A model generated the notes under the pieces. That model was not told the DNA's origin, made no database searches, and worked only from the letters and a program-made list of their open reading frames with translations. From Camelus dromedarius (Eukaryota), in contig NC_087437.1 of the NCBI RefSeq assembly GCF_036321535.1, forward strand, positions 34,908,001-34,972,000: DNA of 64,000 nucleotides, in the 5' to 3' direction. A program made the translations under genes and the position numbers. Positions 1-9,950 of the stretch are shown here, piece by piece; position 1 is the first letter of the stretch, and each line of letters begins with the position of its first letter.

Positions 1-1336
1 TTTATGGAATATTATTTTTAAAATAGTACTGTGAATAGAGGTGATTCATAGCCTTCTTCTTGCACGTGACACCTTAGAGGGAGTTGGGGGTGTGTCCAGC
101 TAGCTTAAGAAACATGGTAAAACTCCCCTTAAATGATCTCAAGTTAAGGAATATTTGAATCAATGCCATGGTGAAAATTAAAGGGAAAGGGGAATGTCGC
201 AATACAATAAACAGCAAATTGTCAGAACTCTAAGGAGTTTGAGATTAGATATAGTTAGTTTTCTTTTTAGCCCAATTATGGAGTCTAAGCATCTTAAGTC
301 AGCTGATTATGCCGGAATGAAATGCTCTTCAGTAGTATTTTCATTCCTTCACCAATTCCTATTCTCCAAAGACCTTCAAGGTTCCAGCACATAGTTTAAT
401 GGACTGCCTACATTTTGGTGTTTTATTGCAAGTCCACTGGGTTCCATCTTCATAAGTAAATGCCAACCTCAAAAGTGCCCGTTACGCCTACTGTGTTACA
501 ATTTTACTAAGCTCAGGATTGTCACGGGAAGTTGAAAACATTTCAGTGGTCAAAGAGAGAGGGTAATTAGCTCATTTAAATCCTTTGCCATGTCTCATTT
601 TCTTTGGTGCAAAGGTGCCAGCCTGTCTTTATAAAAGTAAATGGGGCATATACCTTGGCATTATTTAATTCAGCTATTAATCTTAAAAGATAAACTAAGC
701 AGATTACAAACCAGATGAAGTTTACATGCAGACTGTGTGTGAGTGTGTTTGCCGCCTCGTGTCTTAAGTGCTGGCAACCCCATGCTCTGCAGCAGGAAGG
801 GTTGTCTTTGTAGAAGAATGCTCCCTGGCAGATCACAAGTACAGGATTTGCATTTACACGTAAAAGACCATGACGAATCAATTTTTAAATTGATTTCAAT
901 TTAAAATAAATTGACTCTAAACAAGAATTTTTCAAGTAGAAGTCTTCAGATGTATTCTGTTTCTTCAACAGTAATAATATCAAGTGGTTTCTATGGCTTC
1001 TCTCCTTTTTTTATTGACTTGAATAGATAATATAGATATTTTTATAAATGAAATTCCAATATTACTGCTTTGGGTTTTTTTTTTAATTTGGATTTCAGAT
1101 ACCATATTATGTAAAATGTCAAACAGCTGATGACAGAGTATGTAATTAGTTTAGGATTAGATTTAACTTGCATTTTAATGAACTTGAATCATATCTTTTT
1201 AAAAAGGAAGTTGGTAGTTTCAGGAGTGTGAATATTTTTCTTGTAGTGTAAATATTTATCACACACTTCCCATTACTATAAAACTGATATAAAATTTAAA
1301 TACAAGAATAATATTTCTTTAAAAATATAACTTAAT

Positions 1337-1472
1337 GGGGGTAGGGTATAGCTCAGTGGTAGAGTGCGTGCTTAGCATGCACAAGGTCCTGCGTTCAATC
1401 CCCAGTATCTCACTTGAAAATAAACAAACCTAATTATCCCCACCAAAAAAATTAAAATAATTTTTAAAAGAT
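1337..1472 (+). mobile_element. tRNA-Ala-derived SINE, camelid Vic-1 type, full length with tail
   Basis: A box TAGCTCAGTGG 1349-1359, AGC anticodon arm, B box GTTCAATCC 1393-1401 and an A-rich tail. Flanked by a 16-bp TSD, aaaaatataacttaat (1321-1336) / aaaaatttaacttaat (1473-1488), with one mismatch. Confidence 0.85.
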
Positions 1473-2539
1473 AAAAATTTAACTTAATAGAAAAAAATTT
1501 AACCAAAAATCTTATTACTATGGAAATCTGATGACAAGAGAATCAAAGTAGAGCTACACATTTTCCAATGTAATTCCTTGGGACCCACATATTCTAGGAA
1601 GAACATTTGGGGTATGTTGAGCAGCATGTTTCTTCTTGGGATCCACCATTTGGCACTACATTAAAGGCTCTAAAAGACTGATAGTTTAACTGTTTTAACT
1701 TTGATAACTTGGTATTTCCCAAACTTACTAAACCATGAACTTTTTAGTGAATAACCCCTATTTACATAAAGCTGAATTGGTACTCCATGAAAACCATTTT
1801 GGGAAACACTGGTGTATAGAAGAAGGTTATTTGATGAATTTAGTATTATCTAAAATTGATAATCAACTATGTGTAGATGCTGAAAAGCTCAATCCAAATT
1901 CAGACATTGTTGGGGTTTTTTTTTTTTAACTACTGAATATAAGTTCTAGATACTTTTTGGTGAGGTCAATAGCTAGGTTTTAAATATTCCAAATGTGGAA
2001 ATTAATTCAGAAGTAAAATAGAATCAAAACACCATTTACTGGTAAGAGTTTTTTATAGAACAAATTCACAAATAAATAAATTTGAGGTTTGTATTACTTG
2101 CCACTGCTGTATCATCAATCAGCCTGCTCATATTTGCTGAGCATCTATTGCATGATGTATGCCCACTAAGATTACAATAGCACATTAATAAGATAATATA
2201 TCATAAGGCAAGTTGGCCTTAACCTCTAACATTTTAAGTCAAGCTCTCTGTAAAACATTGTGGTCAATCTAGAAAAAAACAGCTACCTCATAACTCAGGT
2301 TTATACTCTGATATATTCCAGCACTTCAAAATATTTGAATATGCACGTAAGTCCTGAGCTCTTATGTAGTCCAATTTGTTCATTATTTAATTTCTTCAAT
2401 GGGGCAACTAAAACACTCTTTTTTTTCCTTCTAAAGTTTATAAGCAACTGAGAAATAAAACAAAGGAGGCAGTCAAGTAGCAATCAGAATAACAGCTTAA
2501 TTTTGATAAAGCTGATTGGGGAACCTGATTTTAACCTTA

Positions 2540-3420
2540 CCAGGCATTTCAGAGAAGAGGAAATAGAAATACCTCTTTCAAAGATGCTCAACTTCATTAC
2601 TAATCAAACAAATGCAAATTAAAACCACCATGAGATACCATTTTATGCACAACAGATTAGCAAAAATTAGGGAGTCAGCAATACAAAATGTTTCTTAAGA
2701 TGTGGAGCAGTAAGAGGTCTGCAGTTGGACATGTGATTTGGTGGAAGCACTCTGGAGAACAATTTGGCACTATCTAGCAAAGCTGAAACTGCACATGCCA
2801 TGACCCAACAGATCCATCCCTAGGTTTATTTCTTAGAGAAATGTGTACACTGTGTGAGAAAGCATGTGCAAGAATATTTGTAGCCACTTACTCATAATCA
2901 GAAAAAAGGCTGGAAACAAAGATTCATCACCAGGAAAATGGATAAATAAAACACAGTATATAAAAAGAAGGGAATGCTATACACGAGTGAAAGTGAATGG
3001 ATTACAGCTACATATGTCAACACAGATAAATTTCAAGAATATTAGATGAAAAAAAGCAGTTTGAAGAAAAATACTTAAAGATTCTATTTTTGTAACATTA
3101 AAACATGACAGATATATAAAATAGATAAACAACAAAGTCCTATGGTATAACACAGGGAACTACATTCAATACCTTGTAATGGCCCATAATGATAAAGAAT
3201 ATGAAAAGGAATATATATGTACAATTGAATCACTATGCTGGACACCAGAAACCAACACAACATTGTAAATCAACTATACATCAATAAAAAAATGGACAAA
3301 ACTAAACATTGCTTAGAAAGCCAGCCATGTATGATTAAGCTAATGAAAAGCAAAGCAATCATTAACACCAACTTCAGGGTGGGAGGGCGCAGGGTGAGGT
3401 CAGAGAAGGGCATAAGAAAG
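2540..3420 (+). mobile_element. Old L1 (L1M-type) ORF2 end/3' UTR fragment, interrupted by a younger L1 3' end
   Basis: Degenerate L1 motifs aagatgctcaacttcatta..aaatgcaaattaaaaccaccatgagatacca and aaatggataaataaa. Boundaries approximate. Confidence 0.75.
3111..3292 (+). mobile_element. Younger cetartiodactyl-type L1 3' end nested in the older L1
   Basis: ataaaatagataaacaacaaagtcct..cacagggaactacattcaata..aacacaacattgtaaatcaactatac, then AATAAA (3283-3288) and an A tail. Confidence 0.75.
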
Positions 3421-3722
3421 ACTTCCCAGTCACTCTGGCATGCAGGCTTAGCTGTAACCCCCACACTGTATTGGTTTGCTATGATATTTGGATTGCCTTT
3501 TGCTGCTGTGATGTTTAATGGATGTTTTTGTTAGATCTGAGTATTCTTGGTAAGAAAAAGAAAAGGACTTTCTTTTATTGGTGTGGAGAGAGGAGTTTCA
3601 AGCACCACAACCTCCAGGCAACTACCCATAGTCCCATCATTCTGGTGTCTCATTTACCTGGAATTCTTCCATAAAGAAGTTTGTGGATTCCTGGTCCACA
3701 AGACAGGAAATACTCTTTAATG

Positions 3723-3975
3723 ACTAACAGGCATAGAGAACAAACTAGTGGTTACCGGTGGGGAGGGCAGGGGGGTTGGAATTTAGGGGGAGGCAAATGT
3801 AGAGGTAGGGTAGAATTTGTGAGGGGAATGTAGGGGAGTGCAGGGTGCAAACTGTTGGGTGTTAGGCTACAGGGATGTATGATACAACATTGGGAATATA
3901 GCCAATATTTTGCAATAACTATAAGTGGAATGTAACCTTTAAAAATTGTATTAAACTTTTTTTTAATTAAAAAAA
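3723..3975 (+). mobile_element. L1 3' UTR fragment with G-rich tract
   Basis: catagagaacaaactagtggttacc, a G-rich tract, gggaatatagccaatattttgcaataactata and an A-rich end. Confidence 0.75.
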
Positions 3976-4065
3976 TCTGCAACAACCACAAGGGGAAAAT
4001 CTGTTACTTTTTTCTTTTAAAGTGATGAATGAGTCAGGCCCCTTTTGGCACTTGCGAGAACCTCC

Positions 4066-4617
4066 TGTGGTAGTCAGAACTCTCAGATGGTCCCAAGATT
4101 CTAGCCCCCAGCATACAGACCCTGTATGATTCCCTCCCCTTGAATGTGGAGGCACCTGTGAATGTGTGGGGCTTGTGACTCCCTTATTGGGTTATGTTCT
4201 ATGAGCAAGCAGATGGGGCAGTCATCCCAGGATGATAGTACGTAAGATGACTACTGCTGGCTTTGAACCTGCCCTGTTGTAAGACTCTCTATTGTAGGTA
4301 GGAACTAAGGGTGACCAGTAGGAGCTGAGAGGGACTCCCTGCCAACAGCCAGCAAGAAATGAGAGCCTTAGTCCTACAACTTCAAGGAACTGGATTCTGC
4401 CAACAACCTGAATGAGTCTGGAGAGGACACCAAGGTCCTGATGAGAACCACAGCTCTGCTGATACCTTGGCTACACCCTTGGGAGACCGAGCAGAGGACC
4501 CAGTGGAGCTGTGCCTAGACTCCTGGGACCCAAATAGATTGTGCAATAATACATTTGTGTTGTTTTAAGCTGCTGAATTTGCAGTAAGTTGTTACACAGG
4601 CAAGGAAAATAACTACA
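4066..4617 (+). mobile_element. MaLR (MLT1-type) solo LTR
   Basis: Starts TGTGGTAG and ends ..tgttttaagctgctgaattt..gttacacag..aataactaCA. Internal aaggaactggattctgccaacaacctgaatgag is typical of MLT1. Confidence 0.8.
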
Positions 4618-5504
4618 CCCCTATTACTGTCTCTTAACTGCTGCAAAGCCTGGGCTGCCAGCCTTTTTCAGCCTTTTTTTTTCCCCCTATCCTTTCCTCA
4701 CATTTCCATAGAGTTATCAGTTTCTGGGTCCAAGCCAGAGTAGATATCCTCTTTCATCGAGGAAAAATAAAGAGTGCCACAGTTTAAAGCCTGTACTCCA
4801 GACAGTCCTTCCTCCCCATCTCCCTAACCCTCATTACATGCCAGGGACGGGCTGCCGATGCTGTAACACTGGTCACCAGGCAAGACAAGTCCAGCTTCCT
4901 TCCTTCCTCCCTTTTTTTCCTGCATTTCCCTTTCTTCCTTTCCTTCAGGAACATTTTTTGAATCGCAGCTGTGCTATGTCTCATGCTGGCAAAAGTAAAG
5001 AAATATACTTTTTCTTTAAGGAGCCCACTGTTAACAGTGGAGACAAATTACCACATGGTAATCTCTGCTCCTGGACAAGCAGCTAGAGAACGGGAGAGAG
5101 AAGACGCTAATTATGCTGGAATCCCTTCCTTGCCTGTTGCCACACACCCACTCTCTCCAGTTTCTCATACACACTCATTAGCATCCTATACAAACAAAAT
5201 CTTGGGTTTCAGTCAAGGTCGATTTCTCTGTTTAAATCACTCCATTGCAGTTCAGAAATGACGAGGTTCTTTTAAACTGATGCATGAATCATTATGTAGA
5301 AGAAAAGCACATAGTGGAGGAAGCAGGTTTGGTCTGCATTTCCCTGTAAATTTGAGCCAGGCCGTTGGTGATACCTTTTGTGTTTTCTTTCCAAAGCGTG
5401 GAGTTTGTTTATCCTAACAGTCAGTTGAATATGATATAAATCTCTTTGAAGATCATTCTGACTCCTGTGGTTTCTGATGAGAAATCAGCTGTTTTATATT
5501 TACA

Positions 5505-6928
5505 TTGCCAAACCAATCCTGAGGAAAAAGAACAAAGCTGGAGGCATAATCCTTCCAGACTTCAGTCAATACTACAGAGCAACAGTAATCAAAATGGCCT
5601 AGTAGTGGCACAAAAGCAGACATATAGGTCAATGGAACAGAATAGAGAGCCCAGAAATAAACCTACACACCTATGGTCAATTAATCTAGACAGAGGAGGC
5701 AAGAATATGGAAAGAAGACAGTTTCTCCAACCTGTGGTGTTGGAAAGGCTGGGCAGCTACATGTAAATAATGAAAACAGAACACTCCCTCACACCATATA
5801 CAAAAATCACCCTAAAATGGCCTAAACACCTAAATATAAGACATGGCATCTTAAAACTCCCCAGAGAGAACATAGCCAAAACATTATTGGACAAATTGTA
5901 GCAGTATTTTCTTAGATCAGTTTCCCAATCAAAAGCAATAGAAGCAAAAGTAAATGGGACCTAATCAAACTTAAACGCTTTTGCACAGCAAAGGGAGCCA
6001 GCAACAAAATGAAAAGACAACCTGCACAAGAGGAGAAAAGATTAGCAAACAGTGCGACCAACAAGGGGTTAATATCCAAAATATACAAACAGCTCATACA
6101 ACTCTATCAAAAAACAATGAACACAATAAAAAAAAAAAGTGGGCAGAAGACCTAAATAGGCATTTCTCCAAAAAGGACATACAGGTGGTCATCATTCACA
6201 TGAAAAGATGCTCAACATCGCTAATTATTAGAGAAATGCAAATCAAAACCCCAATGATATATCATCTCACACTTGTCAGAATCACTATCATCAAAAGGCC
6301 TACAAATAATAAATGCTAGAGAGAGTGTGGGGAAACGGGAACACTCCTATCCTGTTGGTGGGAATGTAAATTGGTGCAGTGACTATGGAAAACAGTATGG
6401 AGATTCCTTAAAAACTAAAAATAGAGCTACCGTATGATCTAGTAACCCTAATCCTAGGAATATATCCCAAAAAGATGAAAACTCTAATTTGAAAAGATAC
6501 ATGCACCCCAGTGTCCATAGCAGCTCTATTTATAATAGCCAAGATGCATAAACAACCCAAGTGCCCATCGACAGATGATTGGCTTCAGAAGATGTGGCAT
6601 ATGTATACATATACATACACACAATGAAGTATTACTCAGCCATCAAAAGGAGGAAATACCATTTGCAGCAACATGGCTGGACCCAGAGATTATCATACTA
6701 AGTGAAGTAAATCAGACATAGAAAGACAAATATCATACCATATCACTTACATGTGGAATCTAAATACGAATGAATCTATATTCAAAGCAGAAAGAGATTC
6801 ACAGACAGAAAAAACAGACTTATGGTTACCAAAGAGGAAACCTATAAAATGGAATATAATCTAAATATATAGATATATAACTGGATCTAACACATTATTG
6901 TAAATCAACTATTTCAATTTTTTAAAAA
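5505..6928 (+). mobile_element. 5'-truncated L1 (ORF2 C-terminal region plus 3' UTR), frameshifted
   Basis: ORF-track peptides 5446-5766 and 5981-6319 ([43 protein letters not shown]) are L1 ORF2 remnants. Typical L1 3' UTR follows. Confidence 0.92.
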
Positions 6929-7564
6929 GCTGTGTGGTAAGTATATGGATATTTGTTACATTTTATCCTTGAGGGAAATACTCAACATAAATAAAATCTT
7001 TTTTAAAGAGATAGAATCAAGACTGGTTCTGCATACAGGCCTGGGAGCCCAAGGAAGGGACGCAGGGAAGGCAGGAAGAGGAGAGGGCCTGAAAGTGCCA
7101 CTGGATGAGGTTTACGTTCACTCATTAACAGATGGTCTTTAACTATCTTCTAGGTGCACTGACAAGAGTCTGCACTGCCCTGAACTGGGTGCTCACTGTT
7201 TGGAGGGCCCAGCAAGTAAGCAGGTGTGCATGGACTAGCTTCAGGAGAGCCAGGTGCTAGGTACTAGGGGAATGTCTGCAAAAGGAGGCCTTTAATCCAC
7301 AGTTGGTAGGAAAGAGCTGGGAAGACTTCTCAAAAGAAAGAAGTCTTAGCCGAGTTTTATAAGGAATGAATAGGAGTTGGTAGGAGGTGCTTCATGCAGG
7401 GAAATTGCACTTGACAAACCAGTTTGTAATGCCTAGAGGTCAGGGAACAAGGTAGTAGAAGTGAAGGAGGCTTGGGAATCCCACAGCCATGCAAAGCGAT
7501 GGGTTTAAATCCTGTAGACTGTTGCTTTTTGGAGGATTTTAAGACGAGGAAGTGACAGGGCAGA

Positions 7565-7810
7565 AGGGCAGTGAGTACAGCTGTGAAGATCCTGGCCTCT
7601 GGAGCCAAGGGCTGGAATCTAGTATCCAGTTCTGGCTCTGAAACTTACTACCTTTTGTAACCTTAGACACGTTCCTTAAGCTCTCCATGCTTCAGTTTCC
7701 TCATCTATACAGTGGAGATAATATCTGTCTTACAAGCTGTTCTCAGCTTTAAGTTCATTCATGTTAAGCATTTAGAGCTCTGCCTGAGCATGTAGAAGGT
7801 GCTTAGTGAT
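7565..7810 (+). mobile_element. MIR SINE
   Basis: Core cttcagtttcctcatctatacagtggagataata; 3' tgcctgagcatgtagaaggtgct. Confidence 0.8.
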
Positions 7811-7944
7811 TACTAGGAAGTTTGAGCAGTTTTTATATCAAGATTAGATAATGTCTTGAAAAGACGGCGGTGACAGCACTGGGGACAGTGTATGGGGTGG
7901 AGGTGGGGCTGGAGTGGGGAGATTACAGGCTGAGAGACCTTTCT

Positions 7945-8095
7945 TTAGTTAAGGTGTGGGCCCCTGAGCAGCAGAGTCAGGATCACCTGGGAACTTGCTA
8001 GAAATGCTGATTTTCTGGGATGGGGCCCAGCAATCTAGCGTTTGGCAAGCCCTCCAGGTGAATCTTATGTGCACTCAAGTCAAAGCACGGGTCTA
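7945..8095. mobile_element. MER5A-like hAT-Charlie DNA transposon remnant
   Basis: gcagcagagtcaggatcacctgggaacttgctagaaatgc..ggggcccagcaatct..aagccctccaggtgaatcttatg. Confidence 0.75.
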
Positions 8096-8174
8096 GCTGA
8101 GAAGAAATGAGAAACTGAATAAAACATAACCATACAGAGGGCTCCCCATGGCCATGTACCAAACATTAACTGGT

Positions 8175-8310
8175 TTCAACAACAAATCAGGTGTTATCCC
8201 TATTTTACAGATGGAGAAACCAAGGCTCAGAAAGGCTAAGGGCCTTGCTATTAAGCAGTAACCCTAGGAATCTGACCCAAAGCGGATGCTTTTAACCTCT
8301 ATGCTCTTCT
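8175..8310 (-). mobile_element. MIR SINE fragment
   Basis: ttatccctattttacagatggagaaaccaaggctcaga is the antisense MIR core. Confidence 0.75.
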
Positions 8311-8885
8311 CCTAATCGGAAAGTGCCCAGAGGAAAGAGGGAATTTCAGGGATAGTTAAGTGATAGAATTAGCAAGTCTTACTAGGTAATTAGCTGTGGG
8401 CACAGGGGGAGGTGTTAATGTTGGATTTGGATTAATGCTGTCATTCTTTGATTCAGGCTAAATGAATGAGGAAGCAAGTTTAAAGCAAAAAATTTTTTTA
8501 ATTTAAAAAATTTATTAATTTTTTAAAAACTTTGAATTCCCTATAGGAAAACAGAATGCAGAGTCCCAGTAGGCTGGGAAATACAGATTTGGCAGACAGA
8601 AGGATACAGCCAGGGGTGGCTGAAGATGTGGTTGTGGCCAAGACAATCCCAGCTAAGTAAAGCAGAAGACAAAGGAGGGGACTGAGGACAGACTCCTGGG
8701 CAACAGGTGGAGGAAGAAATTGCTGCAGAGTAGACAGGGCAAAAGCACTGAGCAGAGATAAAGGAGAAAAAGGGAAAGAGGAGGGTCTTGGAAATCCAGG
8801 AGAAAATCAGCTCAAGGTTGGTGCAAAGTGGGGCTGGATTAGCATCTGCTGTTACTAAGTATCCCAGCCATACTGCAAAGCAGAA

Positions 8886-8926
8886 CTGATAACCGTCCCT
8901 CTTCCTGCTGCCCCTCCCAGGTGAGT
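8886..8926 (+). promoter_or_regulatory. Fused 3'/5' splice-site motif (candidate recursive splice site 1)
   Basis: Branch-like CTGAT/TAAC 8886-8893, 23/26 pyrimidines over 8893-8918, CAG 8918-8920, then GTGAGT 8921-8926. Confidence 0.45.
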
Positions 8927-9379
8927 AAACAGGGGTACCTGACACCCAAGACAGAAAGGCCCTCCCAGATGGCAGAATGGTAGGAGAGGTACCCTAAGCC
9001 TGAGGCGGTCATTAATAAAAAATTACCAGGATGCTGACAAAGGTCAGTGTGCATGCCCTATCAAGTTTTAATTGATGCAATAATGTACTCTTAACATGCA
9101 ACTCCATGTAATAGCAGTAACCTTGATGAACTCTGGCTGGTGTGGATTCAGGGAGGTCAGCTGTACTAAGAAGCCTCATTCATCACATTCAGTACACTTG
9201 TGGTTTTGTGTTACACTCCCAGTGCCAGTTTGCACTTACAGTGATCGTTTGCCTATTTTCTCATCTCGGTTCCAGTGTCAGAGCCAGCACACATGCAAAC
9301 AAAAACCTCACTAAATAGGGTAACGGCAGCTGCTAGGTGAAAGGGCAGGTGTGGGTTTGAAGTCTCACACGAAGGACAT

Positions 9380-9600
9380 AGCACTTACTGAGTGTTCCTC
9401 CTGGCCAACATTCCAGGGAGGTTCTCTCGTCCTGTCCTGTGGAGCACCCTTGAGGCAGTAACAGCAAAGAGCCCCTCAATGAGCAACTGAGGAAGCTGAG
9501 TTTCAGACGGCTCTTAACTTGCCAGGGTCAGCCCACTGGTAAGTAAGGAGCTATGATTTGAAACCCCTGCCCATCTCACTCCAGAGTTTAATTATTTCCA
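9380..9600 (-). mobile_element. MIR SINE fragment
   Basis: gcacttactgagtg..gaggaagctgagtttcaga..taacttgccagggtca..gatttgaaaccc. Confidence 0.6.
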
Positions 9601-9937
9601 TTAATGATGCCAAAACGGAATTGTACAAAGTCAGGCTGCATGCCTTATAAGGTTGTCATAAAATTCAAATAAATAAAGGTACATGAAAGCACTTTTAAAC
9701 TTTAAGAAAGCTACATGAAGGCAGGATAGTTTTAGTTTCCACTATTAACATCAAAAGTATCTTGAAAGTATAATAGACGCTTCAAAATAATCTCTGAGTT
9801 ACGTTCGTCTTAGCCTAAAAAGAGAATTTTAACGTATTACCATTTTCTCTTGACTTTGCTGTTTATCACTACCTCCAGGAGCTCCTTTTTATACCTACCA
9901 CTTTGTGGGAACCATCTCCCCTCCGCTAACACAGCCC

Positions 9938-9950
9938 GGGGAATTTCCCC
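9938..9950. promoter_or_regulatory. Symmetric NF-kB site GGGGAATTTCCCC
   Basis: Exact match to the kB consensus GGGRNWYYCC, extended symmetrically. Function untested. Confidence 0.4.

Larger units (their letters stand above)
7115..8850 (-). mobile_element. Fragmented L2 element, interrupted by MIR, MER5A-like and a second MIR
   Basis: L2 tail-like ttcactcattaaca at 7117, followed by purine-rich segments typical of antisense L2. Boundaries approximate. Confidence 0.55.

Noticed and set aside
1337..1412. tRNA-Ala(AGC)-like gene (also 30990-31075)
   Set aside because: Imperfect acceptor stem, SINE tail and flanking TSDs show these are tRNA-derived SINEs, not tRNA genes.
5446..6319. ORFs of 106 and 112 aa
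   Set aside because: Frameshifted L1 ORF2 remnants with no intact retrotransposon ORF.
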